A DNA stretch of 46,311 bases. It comes from Octopus bimaculoides. Lineage: Eukaryota. A model generated the notes under the pieces. That model did not search any database, was not told where the DNA came from, and saw only the letters and a program-made list of their open reading frames with translations. Shown here one piece after another: positions 12,000-24,898 of this stretch (position 1 is the stretch's first letter; each line of letters begins with the position of its first letter). Location of the stretch: the NCBI RefSeq assembly GCF_001194135.2, contig NC_068981.1, positions 107,065,521 through 107,111,831 of the forward strand, written 5' to 3'. The translations under genes and the position numbers were made by a program.

Positions 12000-12842
12000 T
12001 ATTGGGTCATCTCATAAATAATGTGATTTTTTTCAATTGCATGAACTAAAAGTCGGAGGAGGTCAAAATAAACTACCTACATCAACTTGCTATAAAAGCA
12101 GGTAGTAATTTTACCTTGCACTTAGTGCAAGTTTTGAAGACTGCAGTTCTATTTTTAACAGTTATTATTTCAAAGCTATAATGGACGTGACAAAAGAGCA
12201 TATTCGGCATATTTTGCTCTATGAGTTCAATAAAGGCAACAACACAACAGAAAATGCGAGGAATATTAATGCAGTATATAGGTATCAGACAATAAGCATA
12301 AGCCTGTGTTAATGGTGGTTGGAGAAATTCCAAGCCAGAAACTACAGCCTAGAAGATGAGCCTCATCCTGGAAGATCTGTAAGGCTCGGTGAGGACATCC
12401 TGCAAACTCTGGTGGAACAAAATCCCATTGTAGCTGTTGAGGAACTAGCAGAGAAGCTTGGATTTGGTCATTCAACTATTCATTGATACCTGCATACCAT
12501 TGAAAAGTGTTCTTATATCAGGATAATGCTCACCCACATACAGCAAGGATGACATTCCAAAGGCTGGAGCAGTTTGAATGAGAAATGATGCCACACCCAC
12601 CATATTCGCCAGACAGATTATCGTTTATTCTACAATCTTCAAAATCATTTGGACAGAAAAAATATTTTTCGTCACGAACAAGTGAATTTGGAAAGAGGGG
12701 TCTTGCCATTCTACCAGAAAGATGGAAGAGCATTGTAGAAAATGAGGAGCATATTTTAGATTAAAAAACAACTTTGTTTATCTTAATTTTGAAAAATGAA
12801 AGAAGTATTAAAAAACTGCATTATTTATGGCATGACCCAATA
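12000..12842 (+). mobile_element. Internally deleted mariner element
   Basis: TA TSDs. TIRs ttgggtcatctcataaataatgtg and tgcattatttatggcatgacccaa. From ATG 12181: MDVTKEHIRHILLYEFNKGNNTTENARNINAVY...SLEDEPHPGR (mariner HTH). The catalytic middle is missing. Only a decayed C-terminal region follows. Confidence 0.9.
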
Positions 12843-15050
12843 GATTTCAGGCGGGGAATAAAAAACAACCTGCAGCAGAAAGGTGTAAAACTGTATAAAG
12901 ACAAAACAGATCTATTATACTTTTAATGTTTTAGTTACTAACCCAGCTGTAGCCTCCCCAAAAAATCGTCATTAGTATTATCAAACTGCCCAAAACTGGC
13001 TGAAATGACTTATTCGTTATTTAAATGAGAATTTCAGTGGAAATCTCATTAATACATTTGTGCAAACATGGTTTCACTATGTAAACAATTGAGTTGCACT
13101 GTCCACCATTAATTGTACATGATATCTGAGTGTTGCGAATTTTTGGAGATTTTTTTTCACTGTGGATGAAAACTGGATACCAGTTTCATGTTGTCAAGCA
13201 CTGAATTTGAATTCAAAGTATTTTTGAAAGAAAACAGAAAAATATAAGAAAATCTATGGCAAACATAAAAACCACATGTGTGATTATGAATCAGGTATTT
13301 CTTTTTCTGAAAGTGAAACAATTCAGACTTCAGTTCTGATAGTGAATAAAAAATGAATTTGTACCTGAATATAGTAAGAATTTAAAAACTTTTTCTTAGT
13401 AATTTTTTAGGAAGATATTAGACCTAGCCACAATCTTTTCTTGGAAATGAAACTATTAGACTATTTCTTTTATTTTCTCCTTTGAAGCAATTACTACAAA
13501 AATAAATTGTTACACAGAATGTAAACAAAGAAAAAAAAGATATTTTGAGGTTTCTCACATACTTCGAAGAAAGTTAGAAATCCAAGCATTTTTAAGAATA
13601 CTGTGGGTGTGTGTATGTGTGTGTGTAAATTTGATTTCTAAATTTTTTTTTTCAAATTTACCTCGTTTTTATTTTTTATTTACCTTTAATTTACCTTCAA
13701 AGCATGATTAATTTGGATTGTGAATCATCCTTATTATATGTGTTTCTATGGATTTATATACGTGTGAGTTTATTTCATTTAGGTGATGGCATGTATTTCA
13801 TTCCTAGTTTTCTTCAAAGACTAATTCTAGTATTTCATTCTGTTTTATCTTTATGTACAATTAAGTTCAACTTATAAGTAATCTAGTAATTTGCACAATT
13901 CTTCTCTATTAAAATTTTGTATACTCACTGAATATTAGCTAATAACTCATTTTCTATCCTGATGTTTAAACAAAATTTTAATAATTTTATATTTTGTTGA
14001 ATTTACTTGTATTTACCTGTATTTAGATTCGCTTTAAGGCAAAAACAATGAAACAGATTTGGTTAAGAACATTTTGTGAAATCAGGTTCCAAAAATCACA
14101 TTAATATGTTGATAAATATAAAAGTTAAAGTTGTTTTATGAAACCAATCTAAATTCACAATTATTTTAGAATTTAATTGAAATACATAAGGGGTTAGAAA
14201 TATAATAAAATATTAAGTACTTCTTAATTTGAAATGAGTCTCCTCTCTACCTCTTATTTAATGTATTTTGTTTGAAAATTCACACTTAAATGACAGGGAA
14301 TACAACCATATTCAACAGATAAGAGAGAATCTTTTCTCCATGTTAACTGCAGTAAATGTGTCTTTACTAGTTGAAATATGTCACAAGCATATTTTAACTA
14401 ACCTAAAGTTTGCATATATAGATATATGTATATATAAATTATGAGACAACAATGGCTGAGTTAAGAGAGCTTTAGACTAAAGGAACTCTAACCCAGATTC
14501 AGTTCCTGGATTAGGCATGTTGATAGAGTTCTGTTTTTTTCTTGCAATTATTACTAATTGATATCTTTATATTTTTCCTTAATTAGCTAGGGTAGATAAT
14601 AGGAGAGGCTTTTGCTTTGTTTTTGTTTTTTCAAACATGTGTACATGTCAAAGCATAATCAATATTGTAATAAGGTAGTTTCACAGGTGCATTTTGTTTT
14701 TTGTATTACCATAATTATTTGAATGTGAACTTACCACAAGGTTAATATCTAAGGCCTTTCTAAATGATGAATTTATGTATCTTGCTGAATCCATGTAGCT
14801 TTAAGCTACATCAGTCAGTTACAGATAGAAAATACTTGTATTGTTTTTGTCTACTAAGAATTTACCAGTTAAGTATTGCAATCCACGACAACACATGTAA
14901 TGTTGTGCAAGATAAACACTCTCTGAAATTCACTTCTTCATGTCAAACAATAAATCCTTGAATGATAAATGCTTAAGAGTATCAGATTGTAAATTGTCTC
15001 ATGAGATTTTTTTATAACCTTATATGCTTCAAATGTAAGGATTCAATTAA

Positions 15051-16159
15051 TCCAAGGGTCAGCTAAAAAGTTCATAAGCTGACCAAGATACTCTCATGGA
15101 ATGTGACCAAATGAGGGGTACTTTTCAACATAGTTCTTCTTGCAGTCCACACACTTCTTCCATCAGTGTTGCAGTGCTTTGATCCTATTGGTGAACAAGC
15201 TTTCATCCTGTTGGTCACAAAAGTCATCAACACCAGATATGACAACATCATCACTGCGATACTAGCTCCCAGCCAAGTGTATTTTCATGTTGGAGAACAG
15301 ATAATAGCCAAATCATGAGAATAGGAAGGGTGATCAACCAGTTCAAAGTCACAATCACACGCAGCAGCCACTGAAAGCAAGGACTTAGTTGCTAGAGCAT
15401 TGTCTTTAATGAAACAAGACTCCTTTTGTCAGTTTCCCTGGGCATTTGGTCTTTATAGCCTTTTGTAACTGCCTCAGCAATTTGGCATAGTACTCTCCAT
15501 TGATGGTGTGAACTTTTGAAGATAGTCAATAAACACAACTCCTTTTGCATCTTAAAAAACTGAAGCCATCATCTTCTCTGCAGATGTTCTTTATAACAGG
15601 TGAGGAGGGGTGTTTCCAGTGCATGGATTGTCTCTTTGTCTCTGGCTCAAAGTGAAGAACCCAACACTCATCTTGGATTAGGAAACATTCAAGGAAACCA
15701 GCTGGATATGCCTCAAACAATGTCAGATTTTCCCATTGTGTGATCAGTCTGGTGCATTTTTGATCAGATGTCAGAAGACATGAAACCTACCAAGCAGAAG
15801 CCTGTCATGCCAAGTTCATTGTACAGAATTCTAAATTCAGCTGCCCACTTTTGCATTGTTGATAACACTGGAGCATCATCCCCTAATGTAGTAACCATAT
15901 CAGCATGAATGTCCTTGGGGATTAAACCCATTTTCCTGCAGGTAATTGATAACACCATGATGCCAGATTTTGTTCATCTTCAAGAGAAGCCACTACTAAT
16001 TACTTTTGAATTCTTCTTTGAACAGTAAGATGTCAGTTTACCTGGAAAGAAACAATACAGTTATTAATAAGAAAAGTTGAAATTAATGCATGTAACATTT
16101 CACCATTGTAGCATCACTCCTTTATAATCAACATATGAACTTTTCAACCCACCCTCATA
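15051..16159 (-). mobile_element. Internally deleted mariner element (second family)
   Basis: Imperfect TIRs caagggtcagctaaaaagttcataagctgac and atcaacatatgaacttttcaacccaccctca, then TA. Minus strand from ATG 15977 gives GLIPKDIHADMVTTLGDDAPVLSTMQKWAAEFR and IQDECWVLHFEPETKRQSMHWKHPSSP. Confidence 0.88.
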
Positions 16160-17183
16160 CCATAGGGTCTTCTTGGAGCTGATATTGATTTAATCCATGT
16201 TTTTGTTCCAATTGCGGTTTACGAGTGAACAACCACCCTGTGAAACTTTAGCTATCATTTCATTTTTATGACAATTGTTTAATATATAATGAGTGCTAGA
16301 CAGATAGTTATAATGTTGTTGTTGAGAAATATAGATCAATATATTTTATTTTAGCAGCTTGTTTTATAATATTTAAACATGCAAAGGGTTTATTATTTTT
16401 AGCCAGAGGAGTTTCTCTGCCTTCTTCTACAAGTTTACAGCTCATTGTACTTGAGAATAGTTTGACAACCTTCCTATAGAACATGACATCATATCAGAAT
16501 ATAATTATCAGAAGTTACAACAGTATATCTATGTTGGTCTTATGATTGCAAGTAATGTTTACATACTATTTGCACTATGGCTTCTTGATCAATATGGCAT
16601 CTTAGCCCCATTATGTGTTAGCATTCTTGTGTCTTCTCCAAAATGCATTCCTATCTTATTTCTTATTGAACAGGAAAATATAATAGTTAAGTTTTCATCA
16701 ACTCTGTGATAGCTCAGTTTTTAATGCTGTAATTTACAGCTTAGAGATTTAGGGATGATCTTGTAGTTAGTAAGTTTGTTGGTGGCAAATGAAATAAAAA
16801 TCTTTTCAATGTGTATAAGTTAGATACTCTGATCTATTCCTGTACTGCAACACTTGTAGATGATTTGTCTTCTGCGTGAAGACAAAACTATAAAACAGTA
16901 TTAAACTCTCCCTAAATTTTAGGGATGGGTTTAGCTTTAAGGAGTTGATACTCATCAAAGGTGCATATGAGATTTATAATGATAGCTTCAAGTATGCATA
17001 ATGACCATGAGTGAACCTCTCTGTGACAGTACTAATCAATATTTGTTGTATGTTTCATGTTGGCGATCAAATATTCTGAGAAATTAACCACAGGAGTTGC
17101 TGATATATTTCATAACAGTTCTACTCATTGTGTGAGGTTGTGCATATATACACACTAACTCCTCTCTCCATTATGTGTTTTTA

Positions 17184-17239
<56 letters not shown>

Positions 17240-17534
17240 TACATGCAGAGAGAGAGAGAGAGAGAGAGGTAGTTCATTCTGAAATATCTATGAGAGTAAT
17301 TTTCCATTCATAATTCTTTCTCTTGCCATTGCTTAAGAGAGCTGCTGTATCCATTAAATGTGTTCTTAATTATCTGGGTTGGTAGCATAATTAATGCTGG
17401 CTTTATATCAAGTATCACTTCCCAAGTTCTTCAGTGTATTTTTATACTTTACTAATCAAACCATGTTTTCGTATGTGGTAAGCTACTTTTCATGTACATT
17501 ACCCTGCAAAAGACATATCTTATTAAAAGGTAAA

Positions 17535-17700
17535 GGTGCAGATATGCCTGAATAGAGAGGGACTTCATTTCATAACCAAATGGTTTCAGGTTCTATCCCA
17601 CTATGTGGTGGTACATTGAACAAATTCTATTATAGCCTCAGCCTGCCAATGCCTTGCAAGTGAAATTGGTAGATGGAAACCATATGGAAGCCTATCATAT
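17535..17700 (+). mobile_element. tRNA-SINE family A, 5' half
   Basis: B-box-like ggtttcaggttctatccc followed by tatagcctcagcc...ggtagatggaaac...gaagcc. Confidence 0.65.
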
Positions 17701-18628
17701 TTATACATGTGTGAAAGTTTGCTCGTTATAGCAAAAATGATGTCCTAAAACCACACACACATGCTTGTATGTGAAGCTGTGTCAAGCATCCCCCCCCCCA
17801 TCTATGGTACTTCATAGCTGCTGTACTCACTGCAAGCAATACCACACATAATACATCCCATACCTTCCCAAACAGTCTCATCCTCCCAAACTACTTCCAT
17901 TCCTTATCATCCTTGCCCTCACTATTTCAACTAAACACTTCCTTTCTGTGCATTCTGCCACTGCCCTTTTTCTCCTCTGCTAAACTCCATTCTAAACACC
18001 TCTCTTATCTGTTATCTTTCTCAATGCCCTCCCATATCTACCATCATGACCCACCTACTATAACCCCTTATGTATCCCTATCTCTTCCTCTCCACAACTC
18101 CTATACCTTGCACATCATTCTACTACTTTCACTTCTATTCTTCCTAAGTTACTCATATCTCCCACCTCACTCCTCTGCATATTGATATTTCTCATCGTCT
18201 GCACCTCCCACCCTCATTCTTCATTCATTACACTCACCTCCACCTCCACACTTCCTCTTCACCCTCTTATGAAATTATCCACTCTTTCATCCCCTCCTGT
18301 AATCCACTAGCCTTGTCTTCTCTTACACACACCATCTTGATATTCTGTGAACACTACCTTCCTCTTATCTCCATCAGTCATATATCTCCTATATAGCAAG
18401 AAACATTTTTATGCCACCAGCACTAGTGAGGTCATCATGCAGCTTACAAGAATACAAACCCTAAGGTGGTTGAGTTTTATGCTAGGTCTGGGATCAAAGT
18501 ATGAGAGAAGGGACCAGAGCAAACAGGTTTCTTTCTCTGTGGAGGAGCCATATAACTACTCACATTATATATATATATATATATAATATATATAATAATT
18601 TGAAGATAAGCAACAAAAATTCAATAGG

Positions 18629-18723
18629 TTATAGCAGTACGTACGTTTCGTACAAGCTCCATTTATTCATGTGGTGAGAACACCACAGAATGTACAATGA
18701 AAATGTACTCCTCAGCTGCATAA
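18629..18723 (-). ncRNA. Type-I hammerhead ribozyme, all helices intact (left arm of inverted repeat)
   Basis: Minus strand reads ttatgcag-CUGAGGA-gtaca...tgtac-GAAA-cgtacg-UA-ctgc(t)ataa. Stem I is 8 bp with one bulge. Stem II is 5 bp, closed by G-C. Stem III is a minimal 2 bp with palindromic ACGUACGU. GUA cleavage triplet; predicted cut between 18638 and 18637. Confidence 0.85.
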
Positions 18724-18773
18724 TGGAATTTTTTGCAAACATCCTCAAAATGACTTTCTAAAATGAAATTCCA

Positions 18774-18868
18774 TTATGCAACTGAGGAGTACATTTTCAT
18801 TGTACATTCTGTGGTGTTCTCACCACATGAATAAATGGAGCTTATACGAAACGTACGTACTGCTATAA
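18774..18868 (+). ncRNA. Type-I hammerhead ribozyme with two helix-breaking substitutions (right arm of inverted repeat)
   Basis: CUGAGGA 18782-18788, GAAA 18848-18851, GUA 18857-18859. A18781 faces C18860 (core-closing pair of stem I). A18844 faces C18792 (4th pair of stem II). Otherwise identical to the minus-strand copy. Confidence 0.8.
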
Positions 18869-19044
18869 CCTATTGAATTTTTGTTGCTTATCTTCAAATT
18901 TTTATTCACCAAATCTCTTGATTTTGTTTTTGGTTTTTATCCTACCAAATTCTGGTGCCTCATACATTTTAAGTACCACATTTAATCTTTTGATTAAATC
19001 TATAATATATATATAATATATATACTTCATTTAATCAAGATACC

Positions 19045-19134
19045 CTTGGCCTGAAGAGTAGCCTGCGGTATACACCTTGCTTAGATATTTACTACTTCCA
19101 AGGTTCCACTTGCTATGAAACCTGTGTAGCCCAG
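19045..19134 (+). ncRNA. Type-I hammerhead ribozyme motif, partly decayed
   Basis: cttggc-CUGAAGA(19051-57)-gtagc...gctat-GAAA(19117-20)-c-ctgt-GUA(19126-28)-gcccag. Stem II is 5 bp with a G.U closing pair. Stem I is 3 bp, a mismatch, then 2 bp. The flanking sequence is unrelated to the 18.6-18.9 kb element. Confidence 0.65.
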
Positions 19135-19755
19135 ATAGTATCTACTCCATTCCTTAACTCTTTGCATACTTGGTAACCCTGCCTGCCTACCATGAAATAT
19201 GAAACATCTTTTCAGCTTTCCATACTTCGATACGGTAAAAATCCACAACCTTTCGCCTCAGTAAACCACTATTGTTCCTGAAAGTTGTTTCCTATGGCTT
19301 GCTTGAAGCTAACCTTCTTCCTTTCCCTTGATCCTTGGATATTACATTTATATATGTATATACATCATGATGGTGACATATATTTGTGTGTGTGTGTGTA
19401 CATTCACACATATAGTTTAAAAGATAGGCAGAAAAATCAATAATGCATATTAAATTAATCACCGACCACATCTTCAGATGATATGTTGAAATACAATTTC
19501 TCAAAACAATTTTCTCTTTTATATACACATGGAGAAGGGGGGGGGGGAATAACACAAGTAATAAGAAAATATAAATATGTCCAAGTAAATATAGCAATGT
19601 TCAAGTTAGGTAGTTGTGAAGTCAAGGTGACATATTTAAGAGTAGGTCTTTGGAACAGAATGAGCTTATAGTATGCAAATTAGTTGCCCCAGTTCTCTGA
19701 AGCTACTAAATTTAATGTGTATATAGATGGATTGGCTACTTGTTTGTCAGGGATT

Positions 19756-19802
19756 AGATCTCTGATGAGACCCTACTAATGGTTGAAAATCAATTAAGTT
19801 TT
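19756..19802 (+). ncRNA. Minimal hammerhead ribozyme relic
   Basis: CUGAUGA(19762-68)-gacc-ctactaat-ggtt-GAAA(19785-88)-a-tcaa-UUA(19794-96). Stem II is 4 bp with a G.U closing pair. Stem III aatcaatt is one transition away from the palindrome aatcgatt. Stem I is weak (2 bp, mismatch, 3 bp). Confidence 0.55.
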
Positions 19803-19889
19803 CCATCAGTCTTTCAATCTACAGAGAAATTTGAGCAGAATGCAAAAGTCTTCATAAGTCGTCTGCATTCAAAGCCTGCACACTTTGAA

Positions 19890-20135
19890 TACACAATACT
19901 GGAAAGAAAATGAAGCGAGCATGCTCTGATGGATGTGCAGGAATGACAAAGTAGAAATATGTTGAGAGAAAAACTGGACTTAAGAGAGAATACTGCACTG
20001 GTATGGATGCATGATCCATATGAATGAGGACATCTGCATAAAGAAGTGCCACTCAGTGTGGATGGAGTTTGTGGAAGAGTGAGATTCAAAAAGACATGAG
20101 AAGCAATAGTAAAGGCTGATCACAGGACTGAGATG
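19890..20135 (+). pseudogene. Old RTE RT C-terminal remnant
   Basis: Decayed LREKLDL...LHWYG.MIHMNED.CIKKCH...GVCGR.R.KKT, homologous to the 44.5-44.7 kb RTE sequence. Confidence 0.7.
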
Positions 20136-21238
20136 GTTGGCAATATGCAGTGTTCAAGGAGACCCACCCTTCAGAGCAAAACAAAGGTTCCAGAAGCATT
20201 CTGTATATATACACAACTGCAACCCCTCACCCTATTTTTCCTCCATCAATCCTTTCCCTACCACTCTCTCATCTCTGTCACTGATCCCTTTATCACTGGC
20301 CAGACTAGCATTCTGCTGTTGTAATTAAATAAGAACATGATTACATATTTCATCATCCAAATCTATACAACCAGTTATCTCTCCCACTGCCTGGAACTAC
20401 TTTCTTTGTCATTCATCCTTTGTTCTTTATGCTGTCTCTCTTCACTCAAATTTTGCATTGATTTCTTTTCTGTGCTACCTATTACTTCCTATTCCATGAG
20501 CCACTTACCATTGATACACTCCTATCACCATGTCTTTCATTCTCCTTACACACTGTCTCTCACTCTCACACAATCTTACCACCCAGGCATCACTCTTTCT
20601 CGTATCTTTCCTCTTCCTACTGTATTATTGCTATTCTGTTGCTCTTTACACTTTCTGTACTGCCAGTCATCACCTTAGCTCCAACCCATTTATCATTGAC
20701 CACCTTCTCCCATTGTTATTCATCATTCACTTGCATTCACCCCCTAAACATCTTTAAACATCCCTCACTCTCTCCATACATTCCTGCAACCTCTACCCAC
20801 CCATCCCATTCTTCTATCCCCAATCTTCTGTTCTCCTTCTTGTCTCATGTGGGCTCATTCTAACATTTCACCATCTTATCTTCCCATCATCTCTACTTCA
20901 ATCACCCCCACCTATGCTTATGTAATGCAAAGTAACCATGTGTCTACTTGTTCCTACCACTTCTTTCATATTTTAACCTCTCAACACCCAGCATACTATA
21001 CTCTCATTCAGTTGTAGGGGATCTTAGTTTTGTGAGTTAGTTGGTAACCTCTCAAATGATTGTCACTTGAAAAACGCACTCAGTAAACTAGTTGGCTTTA
21101 GGAAGAGCACCCAGTCATAGAAACTGAAGAAAGCATAGTTAAGGTACTCTGTATATCAAGTAGAAGGTGTATTATTATTTTGTTTATAAGTTACACAGGG
21201 TTACTATTGTTGTGATCCTGGAGAATTCATGAATACTC

Positions 21239-21380
<142 letters not shown>

Positions 21381-22073
21381 ATACATACACATATTGAGTT
21401 TATGTGTGGTTGATAACAGATTTTCAGGAATAAATTAACATTACAAATAGCTATTGATTGGTTTAAGATTTATTGCTTAACTACTAGATCTTAGTTCTTT
21501 TGTTTAACTACTAGATCATAACCCTTTGCTCTAAATCCCCACCCCCACCCAGCATCAGTAGATTGGTAAATTAGAGGTCAGAGATGCAGGAATACATATC
21601 TTTATTGTTCGGAGATACTATGTAGCTAATTCTACCTCACAGTTGTAGAAGTTATTTCCCATTGAGTTCCACATCACATGAGTGGAATTCCCTTTCCTAA
21701 TGAAGCTTGTCACTACAACTTGAAGGTTTATAGCTGTGCATCCAGCTAAGACATGTGTTTGTATATATCTTTGAACTGTTATAAAGTGTTAAAATGCTGC
21801 ACTGGATGTTAATACTTAGTGAGATTGTTTATGTATTCTCTTGTATAATGGCCATTCTGTTGACCCAATGTACATTTCTCTGAATTGGTAAGTTAACATA
21901 TAAAGAATGTTGGATTTTAAATATATTGACCAGCTACTGTCTGGTGATTTATTTTCTGATCTGATTAGATATCAGCTAAGGTAGCATGTGTCTGTTTTTA
22001 TTTCTGGCTTAATGACAGTACAGCCAGACCTTATTATTCTGACAGGAATCTCAAATTTCCTTCAACACTTTCT

Positions 22074-22283
22074 TTACCCTTTAACATTCAGATTACTCTG
22101 TCAAATGTAATGCTTATTTATTCACATTGTTTTGAATTAGTTATCTATTATCTTGTAGCTTCAAGATATCAATGATGTAATTGCCTAGTTTTAGAATGAC
22201 ATTGTAGCATAGGTGTGAGATGCCATATCTAGCAGATAGAATATATGGGCCAGATTTGGCCAGTTTAAAAGCTGAATGGTTAA
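22074..22283. mobile_element. piggyBac-type MITE (family 1)
   Basis: ttac-cctttaacattcaga...aaagctgaatgg-ttaa, with the same internal sequence. Confidence 0.78.
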
Positions 22284-23254
22284 TTAGTTTTTATCTGTTC
22301 ACTGTAGTATGACAGTCTAATATAAACCCACATTTTATTTTCCATTTCTGTCTTCCCTCTTCCATATTCTCTCTCATTGTTATTTTCTCTACTATCTCTA
22401 CAGCTGTCTCTATTGTTATACACTTGTTTTCCCTAGCATCAGGCAGCCTGTGTATATGTACTTGCCTTCCATGGCACACATTTGGTTCACAAGATGTAGT
22501 TCTGGCAGAAAGCTTCTATCTTAAGTTTTCCCTTGCAGGATTTGCTTGTATGGACTTATGGAATCTGTCTATGTGGTGTGCATTGTCACTTTTCACAACA
22601 TAGTGAAAACTACAATCGCATACACTAATAACTTAGTGGTATTTCATCCTTTTTCATCTGTTGACTTTCAAGCAGTTACTCATATTTATTGCCTATACAT
22701 CTTCTAGCAATATAATATCAATGAAGGACCTTCTATGTTGTGGCTCTACCTGCTAGACATTGATGCCAAATCTTCTTCAAGTCACACTCAACCACCTTAA
22801 TAGGTGTTGTGATGTCATTTGCACCAGTGTAGTTAATAGGAAGAGAAAAGTAATTGCTCATATAATCCTGTGAAAATATCCAAATTTGCAATAAATTTCC
22901 CACACATGCTAACCCAGGAAAAAAGGTTAATAAAGGTTTTACTCTCGCTAAAACAACAGTAAATAAGAATTAGTATTGAATCAATATTAATTTATGCAAG
23001 TGTAATACATTTGAAATTGTGACATGTAGTGTCATCTCCACATTTTCATATGCATTGTAGGTGCAACTTTCACTTTTCAATATGTACTGAAGGTGTAACT
23101 GTCATCCTTCAATTAAATGCTGTCAATAGTAGATGATTATCAGTTCTATAAACATTTATTGGAATACTTCTCCAATATTTGAACTCAGTAACATTATAAC
23201 TCAATGAATCTGCTATTATTTGTGTAGTGGATCAACAGCTATTCGGTGGAAGAT

Positions 23255-23460
23255 GTGCAGCAACATTGGCGTATCAGACAAAGTACCTTACAGTATCTCT
23301 TCTGGCTCTTTACATTCTGAGTTCTAATCCCATCGAGGTCAATTTTTGTCTTTCATTTCTCCAGGGGTCAATAAAATAGAATATTAGTTAAGTACTGGGG
23401 TTTATGTTCTTGACTAACACCTACCCTCAACTTTTAAGTCTTGTTTGTATCTCTACTACC
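23255..23460 (+). mobile_element. tRNA-SINE family B
   Basis: cattctgagttctaatccc (B-box-like)...ggggtcaataaa...gtactgggg. Related minus-strand fragments lie at 9376-9461 and 30570-30735. Confidence 0.65.
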
Positions 23461-23757
23461 AGAAACAGGTATTTATGTAGTATCCCCACTGAATGTTGAA
23501 ACATTTTTAGTTAAGCAGACTGATCCTGCAGGAGTTCAGTGTCATCTATGGAGACAGTTCAAGGCTGAATGAGTACAAAATAAATACTCTGCTTTGTAGA
23601 GTACTCATTTTGATTAATTTTAAGGTGTACTGCAAAGAATTATAAATTGCTGAAGTGTATGTATTTTCTTAAATATACTAATGGTTTTTGTCTGTTTTAT
23701 TTTGCTTGTTACATGACCTTGAAAATGTTTATAATTTTTACTCCTTATGATTTCCAG

Positions 23758-23927
23758 GTGCAAGAAAAAAACTTACACCATAGAAAAATATCTAAAAACA
23801 AGTATAATTATAGTGTTTCATAATGAAGCTTGGTCTACACTACTACGGACTGTACATAGTATCATCAACAGATCTCCTCCAGAATTATTGGAAGAAGTTA
23901 TCATGGTAGATGATGCCAGTGAAAGAG
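23758..23927 (+). CDS. GALNT1: Next coding exon of the same GALNT (GT-A domain N-terminal part)
   Basis: Translates (G)[56 protein letters not shown], with the diagnostic [17 protein letters not shown] and DDAS motifs. Acceptor tttccag ends at 23757. Phase 2 matches the previous donor (GG+G = Gly). Donor g|gtacag at 23928 (phase 1). The intervening intron is 15,225 bp. Confidence 0.95.
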
Positions 23928-24390
23928 GTACAGTTGATTTGTATTTACTCTTATTTTTCACCATGACATTTTTTTTTCTCAAGATGATTATCAGAATTCA
24001 TAAGAAAAAAAAAAAAGAATAAAATAAAAAATAAAACAAAAAAGAAAATAATTGAAAATTGACATTATATGTGCAAACTAAAAGTTTTATTTTCTCACTT
24101 CGCATCTTTAATCAGACGTAGATATTCTGACTAGGGAAATTATGATTGTATAGATCATTTTATGTTCATGCATAGCTAGTGTTTCTAAATTATTTGCTGA
24201 TAATTATGTCATTAGGGGAAAAATATCATTTGTTTGGTTTTGCATGATAGCCGAACAATGTTTATCGACACATTATCTGAAGCCCTGAGAATACTGTGAA
24301 ATATTTTTTTTTTAATATTTTACTTCCTGGCATTAAAATATATTATTTTTTTAATTAGGTTAAGTTACTTGAACAATGACTACCTCATGC

Positions 24391-24427
<37 letters not shown>

Positions 24428-24898
24428 TTCTATTGCTTTCCAAAATCATACGTAATATCTATTCTCATTAATGTCTAACCAAAAGTAAAATGCAGATCAT
24501 TGCTGATAACTGAATGTAACACTGAACCAGAAATTTTATTATTTTCTTTTCTATATAAATATTTGATTGGAGAGGCAGGTTATTTTCCTTATCAACTTGT
24601 TTATTTATTATTTTTTTTCTTTTTGTTTCTTTATGTTTCTATGCATTTAAGTAATGCTAATTCTCATAATCTATTGTATTGTATTGACACCACTAAATAC
24701 TTGTGTTGTCTTGTACTGAAGGGCATCTCAAATTGGCAGAGCCCACATTATACTGCAAGTGTACTTTGTTTCTTTAATATAATGATACACAAGGTATATG
24801 TCCTATAGTGTTGCATAATGCAATTAAAAGTAAATTAATATTTGGTAATTGATGAAATATTCCTTTTGAATTTTTGTGGACCACCTGAAAAAGGTTGT

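Larger units (their letters stand above)
18597..19000. mobile_element. Penelope-like pseudo-LTR fragment with inverted duplication (arms 18597-18731 and 18766-18900, 34-bp spacer)
   Basis: The arms match at 133 of 135 positions as reverse complements. Each carries a minimal HHR with a palindromic stem III, typical of Penelope-like element (PLE) termini. The right arm continues about 100 bp to a terminal hairpin atttaatc-tttt-gattaaat (18980-18999). (TA)n-rich DNA flanks both sides. Confidence 0.7.
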
